This document shows positions 27,057 through 37,674 of a stretch of DNA of 57,543 nucleotides, in pieces. Positions within the stretch are counted from its first letter, which is position 1; every line of letters begins with the position of its first letter. The position numbers were made by a program, and so were the translations under genes. The notes under the pieces are model-generated. The model was given only the letters and a program-made list of their open reading frames with translations, ran no database searches and was not told the DNA's origin. Source of the stretch: Candidatus Methylomirabilota bacterium (GTDB lineage: Bacteria > Methylomirabilota > Methylomirabilia > Rokubacteriales > CSP1-6); assembly GCA_046727155.1 (NCBI GenBank), contig JBKPCB010000063.1, forward strand, positions 1-57,543, read 5' to 3'.

Positions 27057-27600
27057 AGGGACGCTCTCCTCTCATGCGCTTGGCGTCGCGCTCCATCACG
27101 CCCAGGTCGGCGCCGACGTATGGAGCCAGGTCGATCTTATTGATCACCAACAGGTCGGAGCGGGTGATGCCGGGACCGCCCTTGCGCGGGATCTTGTCGC
27201 CCTCGGCAACGTCGATGACGTAGATGGTCGCATCAACCAGCTCCGGGCTGAAGGTCGCCGCCAGATTGTCTCCCCCGCTCTCGACGAGCAATAGCTCGAG
27301 CCCGGGGAAGCGGCCCAGCAGCTGGTGCACGGCTTCGAGGTTGACCGAGGCGTCCTCACGGATGGCCGTGTGGGGGCAGCCTCCGGTCTCGACGCCGATC
27401 ACGCGCTCCGCAGGCAATGCGCCGCGCCGAACGAGGAACTCGGCGTCTTCCTGCGTGTAGATGTCGTTGGTGATGACCGCCAGGTCGAGCCGGTCGCGCA
27501 GACGGAGCGACACCGCTTCCACCAGCGCCGTCTTTCCGGAGCCGACGGGGCCTCCGATCCCCACCTTGAGCGGCTTCGGAATTCGAGAATCGGTAATCAT
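26974..27600 (-). CDS. ureG: Urease accessory GTPase UreG
   Basis: [39 protein letters not shown]; ATGA overlap with ureF. Confidence 0.97.
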   Translation of the reverse strand: MITDSRIPKPLKVGIGGPVGSGKTALVEAVSLRLRDRLDLAVITNDIYTQEDAEFLVRRGALPAERVIGVETGGCPHTAIREDASVNLEAVHQLLGRFPGLELLLVESGGDNLAATFSPELVDATIYVIDVAEGDKIPRKGGPGITRSDLLVINKIDLAPYVGADLGVMERDAKRMRGERPFVFTNLRDGTGVDAVVGWIRRELLFEP

Positions 27601-28289
27601 GAGCGGAACAGCCGCGATTCGAGACGCTCGTGGAGAATGCCCTGGATGTCGATGCCCGGGGTGAAGCTCCAGAGATCGGCCACATCTCTGGCCGCTGCTT
27701 CGCTCGCCACCCGCCGGATCACGGGGTGAAGCCCCCACAGGACGCGCTGGCCTTCGAGCTGGCCCATGGGCAGGAGTCTCAGCGCCGCGCCGACCAGCAG
27801 CGCCGTCGTGGAATAGAGGAAAGCATTGGCGGCCTCGGCCCCCTCCCAGCCGAGCACCGCCGCCGTCATACCGAAGCCCACCGCATGGTGGCCCGGGGCG
27901 CGTCCGGCGTTGACGTCCTCCAGATAGCGCGCGAGCCGGTCGTCGCCGGTGAGCGCCGCGGCCACGCGAAGCGTCTGCCGCCCCATCTGGCGACTTCCCT
28001 CACGGAACTCGCGGACCACCTTCATCGCCTCCACGCTCTCGTCGAGATTCCGGCAGCCGTCGAGATCGCATCGCGCCGCCGATCTCAGTGCTGCCGCGAC
28101 GGCCGTGGCGTCGCACGGGCCTGCCGAGCCTTCGAGCTGGGCCAAAAGGAATCGCTCGAGGCCTTCGCGGTCCTTGATGAGGCCGACCTGGCAGTAATGC
28201 TCCAGGCCGAAGGAATGGGCATAGCCGCCGGTAGGAAACGCGCTGTCGGCGAAGTGGAGCAGCGAGAGGAGCCGCGGATCAGTGGGCAT
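27597..28289 (-). CDS. ureF: Urease accessory protein UreF
   Basis: [16 protein letters not shown]; C-terminal [11 protein letters not shown]. Confidence 0.95.
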   Translation of the reverse strand: MPTDPRLLSLLHFADSAFPTGGYAHSFGLEHYCQVGLIKDREGLERFLLAQLEGSAGPCDATAVAAALRSAARCDLDGCRNLDESVEAMKVVREFREGSRQMGRQTLRVAAALTGDDRLARYLEDVNAGRAPGHHAVGFGMTAAVLGWEGAEAANAFLYSTTALLVGAALRLLPMGQLEGQRVLWGLHPVIRRVASEAAARDVADLWSFTPGIDIQGILHERLESRLFRS

Positions 28290-28782
28290 GGCCGTGGCGC
28301 TGGGTGTGGCTGTGCCCGTCGAGCGGGCTCATACCCGGCTCGTGGCTGTGTCCGCCGCCACCGATGGGATCGAACACTGCCTCCCGCCGCTCCCACTTGA
28401 CGCCGAGCCGCGTCAGGAGCTGCTCCATCGCCGTGTCTTCGGGCACCAGAAGGGTGTCGCCGTCGAGCGCGAGGGAGAAGTGGCGATTACCCACATCGAA
28501 GGCGACACGGATCGCCTCGCTTCGGTCGCGGGGGAATACTGCGAGCACCGGCTCGGATCGCCCCTCCACCTCGAGGTACCAGTCCTCACCCACGGCGATC
28601 ACGTCGCCGGGCCGGAGCACGCTACCCGTGGGCAGGGCGAGCGCGACCTCGCGTCCACGGGCCGTGACGATACGCTTGCGCGTCCACCGCCGCTCCTCCC
28701 ACGCGAGGCTTAACGTGTCGCGCTGCTTGCCCTGGAGCGCCGCGGCGTCCAGGTGGAGGTGTGGCTCGGTGATCACGACCAT
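28279..28782 (-). CDS. ureE: Urease nickel chaperone UreE
   Basis: VGNRH motif; His-rich C-terminus HSHE...[11 protein letters not shown]. Confidence 0.93.
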   Translation of the reverse strand: MVVITEPHLHLDAAALQGKQRDTLSLAWEERRWTRKRIVTARGREVALALPTGSVLRPGDVIAVGEDWYLEVEGRSEPVLAVFPRDRSEAIRVAFDVGNRHFSLALDGDTLLVPEDTAMEQLLTRLGVKWERREAVFDPIGGGGHSHEPGMSPLDGHSHTQRHGHAH

Positions 28783-28784
28783 GG

Positions 28785-30500
28785 CTAAAACAGATAGTAC
28801 CGTTGCGCCATCGGTAATACCCGCGCCGGTTCGCAGGTCAGCAGCTGCCCGTCTGCGCGAACTTCGTACGTCTCCGCATCAACTTCCATCCGTGGGCAGT
28901 AATCGTTGTGGACCATGGCCTTCTTGGTGAGCCCGCGGCACCCGCCGACGGCAACCGTTCGCTTCCGGAGGCCGAGCCGCGCCCCCACGCGATCTTCCGC
29001 CGCCGCCTTGGACAGAAAGGTCACCGACGTGGAGTATACGGCGCCGCCAAAGGACGCGAACATGGGCCGGTGGCGCACCGGTTGGGGCGTCGGGATCGAG
29101 GCATTGGGATCGCCCATCGCCGCCGTCACGATGAGCCCGCTCTTGAGCACCATCTCGGGCTTGACGCCGAAGAAGGCCGGTTTCCATAGCACCAGATCCG
29201 CGAGCTTGCCCCGCTCGACCGAGCCGACCTCACGTGCGATTCCGTGGGAGATCGCGGGATTGATCGTGTACTTGGCGACGTAGCGCTTGGCCCGGACATT
29301 GTCGCTCTTCCCGTCGCCCTTGAGCGGACCACGCTGGCGCTTCATCTTGTCCGCGGTCTGCCAGGTGCGCGTGATGACCTCGGCGATGCGCCCCATGGCC
29401 TGAGAGTCGGACGACAGCATGCTGATGGCCCCCAAGTCGTGGAGCACGTCCTCGGCCGCGATGGTCTCCGCTCGGATGCGGGACTCGGCGAAGGCCAGGT
29501 CCTCGGGGATCTTGGGGTTGAGATGGTGGCACACCATGAGCATGTCGAGATGCTCGTCCATGGTGTTCACCGTGAAGGGCATGGTCGGGTTCGTGGAAGA
29601 CGGCAGGCAATTGGGCTCACCGCAGACGCGGATGATGTCGGGGGCGTGGCCGCCGCCCGCGCCTTCCGTGTGGTAGGTGTGGATGGTCCGCCCCTTGAAC
29701 GCGCGGATGGATTCTTCGACGAAGCCCGCCTCGTTCAGCGTGTCGGTGTGTATGGCGACCTGAACGTCCATCTCCTCGGCCACAGAAAGACAGGCGTCGA
29801 TGGCCGCGGGCGTGGTTCCCCAATCCTCGTGCAGCTTGAGCCCGATGGCGCCGGCCTCGACTTGCTCGCGCAATGGGCCAGCGTGCGAGGCATTGCCCTT
29901 GCCGAGGAAGCCGAGGTTGATGGGCAGGCCATCGGAGGCCTCGAGCATCCGCTGGATATTCCACGCCCCCGCCGAGCACGTCGTGGCATTGGTGCCCGTG
30001 GCCGGCCCGGTGCCACCGCCGATCAATGTCGTGAGGCCGGCCGACAGCGCCTCGTCGATGAGCTGGGGACAGATGAAATGGATATGGCTGTCGATGCCGC
30101 CGGCGGTGATGATCTTTCCCTCGCCGGCAATGACCTCCGTCGAGGCGCCGATCACCATGCCCGGAGTCACACCCGCCATGATGTCGGGATTGCCCGCCTT
30201 GCCGATGCCCACGATGCGGCCGTCGCGGACCCCGATATCGGCCTTGACGATGCCCCAGTGATCCAGGATCAGCGCATTGGTAATGACCAGGTCGAGGGCG
30301 CCGGCGGCCCTCGTGGCGCGCGCCGACTGCCCCATGCCATCGCGGATCACCTTGCCGCCGCCGAACTTGACCTCGTCGCCGTAGACGGTGAAATCCTTCT
30401 CGACTTCGATGAACAGCTCGGTATCGGCCAGGCGCACGCGATCGCCGACCGTCGGCCCGTAGAGATCCGCGTACTGGCGGCGGGGCAGCCTGAGGCTCAT
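28785..30500 (-). CDS. ureC: Urease subunit alpha
   Basis: [62 protein letters not shown]. Confidence 0.99.
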   Translation of the reverse strand: MSLRLPRRQYADLYGPTVGDRVRLADTELFIEVEKDFTVYGDEVKFGGGKVIRDGMGQSARATRAAGALDLVITNALILDHWGIVKADIGVRDGRIVGIGKAGNPDIMAGVTPGMVIGASTEVIAGEGKIITAGGIDSHIHFICPQLIDEALSAGLTTLIGGGTGPATGTNATTCSAGAWNIQRMLEASDGLPINLGFLGKGNASHAGPLREQVEAGAIGLKLHEDWGTTPAAIDACLSVAEEMDVQVAIHTDTLNEAGFVEESIRAFKGRTIHTYHTEGAGGGHAPDIIRVCGEPNCLPSSTNPTMPFTVNTMDEHLDMLMVCHHLNPKIPEDLAFAESRIRAETIAAEDVLHDLGAISMLSSDSQAMGRIAEVITRTWQTADKMKRQRGPLKGDGKSDNVRAKRYVAKYTINPAISHGIAREVGSVERGKLADLVLWKPAFFGVKPEMVLKSGLIVTAAMGDPNASIPTPQPVRHRPMFASFGGAVYSTSVTFLSKAAAEDRVGARLGLRKRTVAVGGCRGLTKKAMVHNDYCPRMEVDAETYEVRADGQLLTCEPARVLPMAQRYYLF

Positions 30501-30868
30501 CGCCCCGCCCCCTGAAATCCCCCGGCGGCCGCCCGCTTCAACGCCGGCGCTTTGTGGTCGTCGCTCAGCCGTCCATCAGTGAGCGAATTGAGGCCATAGA
30601 CCTCGCGCGCGCCGCCGAGCTCGACCAGCGTCACGGATTTCTCGTCGCCGGGCTCGAAGCGCACGGCAGTGCCCGCGGGGATATTGAGCCTCATGCCGAA
30701 GGCCTGGGCGCGATCGAAGCGCAGCGCTTTGTTGGCCTCGAAGAAATGGAAGTGCGAGCCCACCTGGATCGGCCGGTCGCCCGTATTGGCCACGGTCAGC
30801 GCGACGGTCCGACGCCCGACATTGGCCTCGATCTCGCCGTCGCCCAGCACGTACTCGCCCGGAATCAT
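30497..30868 (-). CDS. ureB: Urease subunit beta
   Basis: [37 protein letters not shown]. Confidence 0.98.
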   Translation of the reverse strand: MIPGEYVLGDGEIEANVGRRTVALTVANTGDRPIQVGSHFHFFEANKALRFDRAQAFGMRLNIPAGTAVRFEPGDEKSVTLVELGGAREVYGLNSLTDGRLSDDHKAPALKRAAAGGFQGAGR

Positions 30869-30887
30869 CCTGGGCCTCCCTGGGAAT

Positions 30888-31190
30888 CTACCTGATGGGG
30901 TGATGTATGGTGACGAGCTTCGTGCCGTCGGGGAAGGTGCCTTCGACCTGCACTTCGTCGAGCATCTCGGGCACGCCTTCCATCACGTCGTCCCGCTTGA
31001 GAACGGTGACGCCGAAAGCCATCAGCTCCGACACCGACCGGCCGTCCCGAATCCCTTCGAGCACTTCGGCGGTGATCAGGGCCAGGGCTTCGGGATAGTT
31101 GAGCTTGAGTCCGCGGGCCCGCCGCCGGCGCGCGACCTCCGCGGCGGTGAAGATGAGGAGCTTGTCCTGTTCGCGCGGCGTCAGGTGCAT
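30888..31190 (-). CDS. ureA: Urease subunit gamma
   Basis: [32 protein letters not shown]; 100 aa. Confidence 0.98.
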   Translation of the reverse strand: MHLTPREQDKLLIFTAAEVARRRRARGLKLNYPEALALITAEVLEGIRDGRSVSELMAFGVTVLKRDDVMEGVPEMLDEVQVEGTFPDGTKLVTIHHPIR

Positions 31191-31208
31191 AGGCCCGGAG
31201 GGCAGAGT

Positions 31209-31913
31209 TTACACGGTCAGATGGTGCCTGACCATATCCTGGCGAAGCTCGGCAGTCGCTCCCCGCGACACGATGGTGCCCTTCCGCATGATGGCGTAGG
31301 AGTTGGCGAGCCGCCAGGCGAACTCCAGATACTGCTCCACGAGCAGCACGGCGATTCCCTGCGCTCTGATGCGCTCGATGGCGTCTTCGATCTGGAGGAT
31401 CACCGACGGCTGAATACCCTCGGTGGGCTCGTCCATCAGCAGCAGCTTGGGCCGCGCCAGCAGCACGCGGGCGATGGCCAGCTGCTGCTGCTCGCCGCCC
31501 GACAATACGCCGCCCTTGCGCCCAAGCAGCTGGTTGAGCCGAGGAAAGAGGGCGAAGATCTCATCGAGCGCTTCACGCGCCCCGCCGTTGCCATTGTGCC
31601 GGGCGCCGAGGATCCCGACGCGAAGGTTCTCGCGCACCGTGAGGTTCGGGAAGATCTCGCGGCCCTGGGGGACATAGCCGATGCCCCGCGCGGCCCGCTC
31701 CTCGGGCCGCCGCCCCACCAGCTCCACGCCGTCGAACAGGATGTGGCCCGACCGGACGGGCAGCAGGCCCATGACGGCCTTGAGGAGGGTCGTCTTGCCC
31801 ACGCCATTGCGTCCCATGAGGCAGACGACTCCGCCCTCCGGCACATCGAGCGAAACGTCCCAGAGAACCTGGCTCTCGCCGTAGGCGACATTGACGCCCT
31901 GGATCTCAAGCAT
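31209..31913 (-). CDS. urtE: Urea ABC transporter ATPase UrtE
   Basis: GRNGVGKTT, YVPQGREIFP, LSGGEQQQLAIAR, DEPTEGIQPS. Confidence 0.93.
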   Translation of the reverse strand: MLEIQGVNVAYGESQVLWDVSLDVPEGGVVCLMGRNGVGKTTLLKAVMGLLPVRSGHILFDGVELVGRRPEERAARGIGYVPQGREIFPNLTVRENLRVGILGARHNGNGGAREALDEIFALFPRLNQLLGRKGGVLSGGEQQQLAIARVLLARPKLLLMDEPTEGIQPSVILQIEDAIERIRAQGIAVLLVEQYLEFAWRLANSYAIMRKGTIVSRGATAELRQDMVRHHLTV

Positions 31914-32697
31914 GGGCGGCTCCTGCGGTGGCCCGGCTGCGTCCGAGGTAGACCTCCATGACCCGCTCATCCTGCTGGACCTGCTCGACCGGTCCCTCGC
32001 AGAGCACGCTGCCTTCGTGGAGCACGGTCACGGTGCGCGCGATGTTCCGAACGAACTCCATGTCGTGCTCGATAACCAGCACCGACCGCTCCTCGGCGAC
32101 GGCCCTGAGCAGCCGCGCCGTCTTCTCGGTCTCCTCGTCCGTCATCCCCGCCACCGGCTCGTCGACCAGCAGCAGCTCGGACTGCTGGACCATGACCATA
32201 CCGATCTCGAGCCACTGTTTCTCGCCGTGGCTCAAGCCGCCCGCCCGATCGCCGGCGTGCGCCGTGAGGCCGATGCTCTCCAGGGTCTCGTCGACCTGGC
32301 GCCGCTGCTCGCCGTCGAGCCGTGCGCGCAGCGTCGCCAGCACGCCCTTGCTGCGCCGGGCTACCGAGAGCTCGAGGTTCTCGCGCACCGTGAGGTTCCC
32401 GAAGATCGAGGGAGTCTGGAACTTGCGCCCGATGCCGAGCGCGGCGATCTCGTTCTCCCGCCGGCCCGCCAGATCCGTGTTCTTGCCGAAGATGACGCGT
32501 CCGGTGGCGGGTTGAACCTTCCCCGAGATGACATCGAGCAGCGTCGTCTTGCCGGCGCCATTGGGGCCGATGACCACCCGCAGCTCGCGGTAGTCCATGT
32601 AGAAGTTGAGCTCGCGCAGCGCCTTGAAGCCATCGAAATCGACGGTGACATCCTCAAGATAGATGATGGACCCGTGCTGGGGAGTCGCGGCGCTCAC
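31906..32697 (-). CDS. urtD: Urea ABC transporter ATPase UrtD
   Basis: GTGA overlap; FDGFKAL, GPNGAGKTT, GRKFQTP, LSHGEKQWLEIGM, DEPVAGM. Confidence 0.93.
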   Translation of the reverse strand: MSAATPQHGSIIYLEDVTVDFDGFKALRELNFYMDYRELRVVIGPNGAGKTTLLDVISGKVQPATGRVIFGKNTDLAGRRENEIAALGIGRKFQTPSIFGNLTVRENLELSVARRSKGVLATLRARLDGEQRRQVDETLESIGLTAHAGDRAGGLSHGEKQWLEIGMVMVQQSELLLVDEPVAGMTDEETEKTARLLRAVAEERSVLVIEHDMEFVRNIARTVTVLHEGSVLCEGPVEQVQQDERVMEVYLGRSRATAGAAHA

Positions 32698-33824
32698 GGC
32701 CGGGTCACCTCGGCCGCGCCGGCGCCCTCGGCGCGGCGGGCGGTCGCCTTCATCCGGCCCCCGAAGACCCACGCGATCAGCCGCTGGCAGCTGCCCACCA
32801 CACCGTCGGGCAGGAAGAGGACCACGCTGACGAACAGGCCGCCCAACACGAACAGCCACAGGTCCGGATAGTTCGTGGTGAGAATACTCTGCAGCCAACT
32901 GACCCCCACGGCGCCGACCACCGGCCCCAGCAACGTTCCCCGTCCGCCCACCGCCACCCAGATGATCATCTCGATGGAGGGCAGCACCCCGATCTTGGCC
33001 GGCGTGATGATGCCGACCTGGGGGACGTAGAGCGCGCCGGCGACACCTGCCAGCACCGCCGACACCACGAACACGAATACCTTGAAGGCCGCCGGCGAAT
33101 ACCCGGAGAAGAGCACTCGAGTCTCGCTGTCCCGAATGGCGACCAGCACCTTGCCCGCCGGCGACGCGATGATCCAGCGGCAGAGCAGGTACGCGCCGCA
33201 GAGGCACAGCGCCGTCGTCAGATAGAGGGCCCGCTGTGTGCGGGGATCGTTCAGCGTGAAGCCGAACACGCTCTTGAAGCCGGAGAGGCCGTTGGTGCCG
33301 CCCAGGTTCATCGCGTTCCGATTGAACATGAGCCACGCGGAGAGAGCGAGCGCCTGCGTGATGATCGAAAAGTAGACGCCGCGGATCCGGCTGCGAAAGG
33401 TCAGGAAGCCGAAGATGCCCGCCACGATGGCGGGAACGGCGAGCACCGCGAACAGCGTGAACGTCCCGCTGTAGAACGGCTTCCAGAACAGCGGCAATTC
33501 GGTCACCTGGTTCCACACCATGAAGTCGGGGAGCACGTCCCGGTAGACGCCCTGGGTGCCGATCTCGAGCATGAGGTGCATGCCCATCGCGTAGGCGCCC
33601 AGCCCGAAAAAGACGCCGTGTCCCAGCGACAGCACGCCCGTGTAGCCCCAGATGAGATCGATGCCGAGCGCGAGGATCGCGTAGGCGAGGAACTTGCCGA
33701 ACAGGTTCAGGGTGAAATCGCTCACCCGCATGGGCGAGGCGGCGGGCAGCGCGTTGAGAACCGGCAGCACGATCACCAGGCCGGCCGCAGCGATCAACAG
33801 AAGCCAGCGCTCACGAGTCCGCAT
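32694..33824 (-). CDS. urtC: Urea ABC transporter permease UrtC
   Basis: WGYTGVLSLGHG, LPDFMVWN, GVYFSIITQAL, WVAVGGRG. Confidence 0.94.
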   Translation of the reverse strand: MRTRERWLLLIAAAGLVIVLPVLNALPAASPMRVSDFTLNLFGKFLAYAILALGIDLIWGYTGVLSLGHGVFFGLGAYAMGMHLMLEIGTQGVYRDVLPDFMVWNQVTELPLFWKPFYSGTFTLFAVLAVPAIVAGIFGFLTFRSRIRGVYFSIITQALALSAWLMFNRNAMNLGGTNGLSGFKSVFGFTLNDPRTQRALYLTTALCLCGAYLLCRWIIASPAGKVLVAIRDSETRVLFSGYSPAAFKVFVFVVSAVLAGVAGALYVPQVGIITPAKIGVLPSIEMIIWVAVGGRGTLLGPVVGAVGVSWLQSILTTNYPDLWLFVLGGLFVSVVLFLPDGVVGSCQRLIAWVFGGRMKATARRAEGAGAAEVTRP

Positions 33825-35499
33825 AGCGTCCCTTCGCCGCGAACAGACCCGACGGACGGCGCTGGATGAACAGGATTACGAAGACGAGGATGAGGACCTT
33901 GCCGAACACGGCGCCCATGGAGGGCTCGATGATCTTGTTCAGGCCGCCGATTCCCACCGCGGCCAGGATGCTGCCCAGCAGCTTGCCGACGCCGCCCGTG
34001 ACCACCACCATGAACGAATCGACGATGTAGTTCTGTCCCAGCTCCGGACCTACATTGCCGATCTGGGTCAGCGCGCAGCCGGCCAGCCCGGCCAGGCCGG
34101 CGCCCAGGGCGAAGGTCAACGCATCCACGCGCCGCGCGCGCACGCCGAGCGAGGCCGCCATGCCGCGGTTCTGGGTGACGGCGCGGATGCGCAGGCCCGC
34201 ATCCGACCGAAACAGGAGCAGGTACATCCCGGCGACACAGACGGTTGCCAGGCCGATGATGAACAGCCGGTTGTACGGCAGCTGGACGCCGATCATGACC
34301 GGGATGCCGCCCGACAGCCACCGGGGCGCGGTCACGTCCACGTTGGCCGCGCCGAACCACACGCGCAGCCCCTGCTGGATGATCAGGCTCACGCCCCAGG
34401 TCAGGAGCAGGGTTTCCAGTGGCCGCCCGTAGAGGAAGCGGATGATCCCGCGCTCGAGTACGAGGCCGGCGCTGCCCGCCACCAGGAATGACACCGGCAG
34501 CGCCACCAGAAAGTAATAGTCGAACGAGCCAGGCAGGTTCGCCGAAAACCAGTTCTGGGTCACGAAGGTCGCATACGCGCCGAGCGCCATGAGCTCGCCG
34601 TGCGCCATATTGATGACGCCCATGAGGCCGAAGATGATGGCCAGCCCCAATGCCATCAGGAGCAGGATGGACGACAGCGACAGGCCCTGGAAGCCGATCT
34701 CGATGGCCTGGGTCAGCAGTCCCCAGCGCTCGATTCGTTTGATGGCGTCGCTCGCCGCCTGCTGGAGCGGGGCTGGCGCTTGAGGATCGCCGATGAGCTG
34801 GTAGAGACGCTCGACGGCATTGGCGCTCTTGAGCTCACCGAGCCGGCGCGCCGCGAGCACGCGCTCGGCCTCACTACCCTGACGCAGCTGGATCAGCGCC
34901 ATGCCTTCGTCGATGGCGTGACGGACCCAGCGGTCTTGCTCCTTGGCCAGCGCGTCGGTGAGGGCAGGAAGCCCGGAAGGATCGCCGGCGAAGCCCATCT
35001 TGGTGGCCGCGGCCCGCCGCACGGCCGGGTCCGGATTCGCAAGGTCGCTCTGGCCCGAGAAGGCGTCGATGAGCGGCCTGATCGCCAGTCTCAGGCTTCG
35101 CCCCGCCGATACTTCTTGAAGACTCGAGAGATCCACGAGCAGCGGCTTGCCGTCGGCGCCCGTGAGCGGCTCTCGTCCATAGGCGCTGAACAGCGGCACC
35201 AGGGTCTTGTCGCTCTCGGAGACCTTGTCCCCGACGATCACCGTCTCTTTCTTGCCTCCCGGCAGACTCCGAACGTAGACGCTGCCCTCGCGCAGGGCCT
35301 CGAGCAATGGCAGGATCTTTCGATCGGCCGTCTTGCCAAGCGCCACCGCCGCCCCTTCCTGCACGGCGGCGTCGCTCGAGGCGACGTCCGCGATATGCCT
35401 CGCGATCTCTGGCGCCGGAGCCGGAGGCGCGCCCTGCGCGGCTGCCGGGGCGGCGAGCCCCGGCAGCAACGCGAGCGCGAGCAGCAGACGCGTGAACAC
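33811..35499 (-). CDS. urtB: Urea ABC transporter permease UrtB with N-terminal periplasmic HEAT-like extension
   Basis: Signal peptide, HEAT-like helices (DPAVRRAAA, DRWVRHA), then FGLMGVINMAHGE, RPLETLL, VDSFMVVV; GTG start inferred. Confidence 0.9.
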   Translation of the reverse strand: MFTRLLLALALLPGLAAPAAAQGAPPAPAPEIARHIADVASSDAAVQEGAAVALGKTADRKILPLLEALREGSVYVRSLPGGKKETVIVGDKVSESDKTLVPLFSAYGREPLTGADGKPLLVDLSSLQEVSAGRSLRLAIRPLIDAFSGQSDLANPDPAVRRAAATKMGFAGDPSGLPALTDALAKEQDRWVRHAIDEGMALIQLRQGSEAERVLAARRLGELKSANAVERLYQLIGDPQAPAPLQQAASDAIKRIERWGLLTQAIEIGFQGLSLSSILLLMALGLAIIFGLMGVINMAHGELMALGAYATFVTQNWFSANLPGSFDYYFLVALPVSFLVAGSAGLVLERGIIRFLYGRPLETLLLTWGVSLIIQQGLRVWFGAANVDVTAPRWLSGGIPVMIGVQLPYNRLFIIGLATVCVAGMYLLLFRSDAGLRIRAVTQNRGMAASLGVRARRVDALTFALGAGLAGLAGCALTQIGNVGPELGQNYIVDSFMVVVTGGVGKLLGSILAAVGIGGLNKIIEPSMGAVFGKVLILVFVILFIQRRPSGLFAAKGRYADS

Positions 35500-35507
35500 G
35501 ACCCTAG

Positions 35508-36806
35508 TTAGGCTTTCTTCTGGTAGGTACCCTTCTCTTTGACCCAGTCGCAACCCTTGTCGGGGCTCGTGTACTTGCTCCATGGCTCGGCTTTGACCAG
35601 GCCTTTCGACCGGGAAACAACCTTGAACTGGCCGTCCTTGAGGATCTCGCCGATCAATACCGGCTTGTAGGTGTGGTGGTTCGCCTCGTCCAACTTGATC
35701 TTGCCGCCGGGCGCCAGGAATTCCTGGCCGTAGACGGCTTTGCGCACGGCGTCCACGTCAAAGCTCTTGGCCTTCTCGGCCGCCTGCTTCCAGATGTAAA
35801 CGCCGAAATAGGCCGCCTCCATCGGATCGTCGGTGACGCGCTTGTCACCACCGGGCAGATTGTGCTTCTTGGCGTAGGCCTTGAACGACTGCACGAACTT
35901 TTTGTTCTGAGGCGTGTCGACCGACTGGTAGTAATTCCAGGCGGCCAGATGGCCAACCAGCGAGGAGGTGTCCATGCCGCGCAGCTCGTCCTCGGCCACG
36001 CTGAAGGCCATGATCGGCGCGTTCTCCGAGCGCAGCCCCTGGTTGGCGAACTCTTTGTAGAAGGGCACGTTGCTGTCGCCGTTGATCGTCGAGAGTACAG
36101 CGGCGCTGCCGCCCGAGGCGAAGCGCTTGATCTTGCCGACGATGGTCTGGTAGTCCTGGTGGTTGAAGGGCGTGTACTCCTCAGCGATGGAGTCGGCGGG
36201 GATGCCCTTGGCCAGCAGGAAGGCCCGCAGGATCTTATTGGCCGTGCGCGGGAAGACGTAGTCGGTGCCCAACAGGTAGAATTTCTTGTACCCCCCACCT
36301 TCCCTGGACATCAGGTACTCCGCCGCAGGGATCAGCTGCTGGTTCGGCGTCGCGCCCGTGTAGAAGACATTGCGCGAGCATTCCTCACCCTCGTACTGGA
36401 CGGGATAGAAGAGCAGGCCGTTGTTGTTCTCGAAGACCGGCAGCACCGACTTCCGGCTCACCGAGGTCCAGCATCCGAATACGACGGCGACCTTGTCCTG
36501 CAACAGCAGCTGCTTGGCCTTCTCGGCGAAGAGGTCCCAGTTCGAGGCCGGATCCACCACGACGGGATCGATCTTCTTGCCCATGACCCCGCCCTTGGCA
36601 TTGATCTCCTCGACGGCCATCAGCACGACGTCGCGGAGTGAGACCTCGCTGATGGCCATGGTGCCGCTGAGCGAGTGCAGCACGCCGATCTTGACGGAGC
36701 CGCCTCCCTGCGCCCTGATGATGGCGGGGAAGCCGAGGCCCGCGGCGGCGCCGACTCCAACTGCCGCCGAGGTTTTGAGAAAGTCCCTGCGTGAAAGCCC
36801 TTCCAT
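35508..36806 (-). CDS. urtA: Urea ABC transporter substrate-binding protein UrtA (Tat-exported)
   Basis: SD AAAGGAG; SRRDFLK Tat motif; LHSLSGTMAISE, GCWTSVSRK, FYPVQYEG, TINGDSN, AWNYYQS. Confidence 0.96.
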   Translation of the reverse strand: MEGLSRRDFLKTSAAVGVGAAAGLGFPAIIRAQGGGSVKIGVLHSLSGTMAISEVSLRDVVLMAVEEINAKGGVMGKKIDPVVVDPASNWDLFAEKAKQLLLQDKVAVVFGCWTSVSRKSVLPVFENNNGLLFYPVQYEGEECSRNVFYTGATPNQQLIPAAEYLMSREGGGYKKFYLLGTDYVFPRTANKILRAFLLAKGIPADSIAEEYTPFNHQDYQTIVGKIKRFASGGSAAVLSTINGDSNVPFYKEFANQGLRSENAPIMAFSVAEDELRGMDTSSLVGHLAAWNYYQSVDTPQNKKFVQSFKAYAKKHNLPGGDKRVTDDPMEAAYFGVYIWKQAAEKAKSFDVDAVRKAVYGQEFLAPGGKIKLDEANHHTYKPVLIGEILKDGQFKVVSRSKGLVKAEPWSKYTSPDKGCDWVKEKGTYQKKA

Positions 36807-36848
36807 GCGCTTCTCCTTTCGCTGCCCTCGGTAGGGGGTGAGTGGTCC

Positions 36849-36920
36849 GACCCGCCATTGGGTCATGGTCAATGCACGGCGCTGGCGCGAACCGCCGACC
36901 CCTTTGTCTTGGTGCGCCGT
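36849..36920 (-). promoter_or_regulatory. ANTAR-type dual hexaloop motif in the urtA leader
   Basis: GAC[AAAGGG]GTC (36897-36908) and GACCC[AATGGC]GGGTC (36849-36864); A1/G4 loops; ACGGCGC/GCGCCGT stem encloses P1. Confidence 0.68.
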
Positions 36921-36930
36921 CCAGTCGGGC

Positions 36931-36946
36931 AGCAAGGCCCGTGCCC
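36931..36946 (-). promoter_or_regulatory. sigma54 promoter of the urt-ure operon
   Basis: GGGCAC-GGGCC-TTGCT. Confidence 0.8.
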
Positions 36947-37008
36947 AGATCACGGTGAGCATTTTCACCTAGTTGTGGATGTTCGGGTCGCCTCCTGCGG
37001 CGCGAGGA

Positions 37009-37054
37009 TGCCCACTTTGTGGGCAAGGCTGAATTGCTGCCTCAGAAATCGGCA
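37009..37054. promoter_or_regulatory. Pair of 17-bp NtrC-like enhancer palindromes upstream of urtA
   Basis: TGCCCAC-TTT-GTGGGCA (perfect, 37009-37025) and TGCCTCAGAAATCGGCA (37038-37054); 29-bp spacing. Confidence 0.75.
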
Positions 37055-37061
37055 GCGGCGC

Positions 37062-37661
37062 TCAGCGGGCAGAGCGAGGCTGGCCGAGCCCGTCGCTCAG
37101 CAAGAGAGCCTGGGCAACCTCGGCGATCGGCTTGCGGGTGTCCATCGCGGTCTTCTGGAGCCGTCGATAGGCCTCCGGCTCGGTGAGCCCGAGCCGCTGA
37201 ATCAAGAGGCCCTTGGCGCGATCGATGGTCTTCCGTGACTCGAGCTTGCGCTTGAGCGCCTCGTTTTCCTGCCGCACGGCCTCCATCTCGCGGAAGCGCG
37301 ATACGGCCAGATCGAGCGCCGGCCCGAGCTCCGGGTGACGCAGCGGCTTGACGAGGAAGCCGAGGACGCCCGCCTCGACGGCGCGGGCCGCAACGGCGGC
37401 GTCCGTGCGGCTCGTCAGCAACACGAGCGGGCATGGAGCCGACGCCATGATCCGCCGCGCAGCCTCGAGCCCATCGCCGTCGGGGAGCCCCACCGCCAAC
37501 ACCGCCACATCCGGGTGCAGCCGCTCAACCAATGGCACGGCGTCCTCGAGGCGGCTGCCGTGACCCACCACCTCACCGCCCTGGAGCGCCACCGCCTCGA
37601 CGATGGCTGAGCGCGAAGGGGCATGGTCGTCCACGATCAGCACCCGCCACCGTGGCTTCAT
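37062..37661 (-). CDS. AmiR/NasT-type pseudo-receiver + ANTAR RNA-binding antiterminator
   Basis: REC-like N-terminus (LIVDDH, FLVKP) with Ala at the phospho-Asp position; ANTAR LESRKTIDRAKGLLIQRLGLTEPEAYRRLQKTAMD. Confidence 0.92.
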   Translation of the reverse strand: MKPRWRVLIVDDHAPSRSAIVEAVALQGGEVVGHGSRLEDAVPLVERLHPDVAVLAVGLPDGDGLEAARRIMASAPCPLVLLTSRTDAAVAARAVEAGVLGFLVKPLRHPELGPALDLAVSRFREMEAVRQENEALKRKLESRKTIDRAKGLLIQRLGLTEPEAYRRLQKTAMDTRKPIAEVAQALLLSDGLGQPRSAR

Positions 37662-37674
37662 GGCTTGGTGATCG

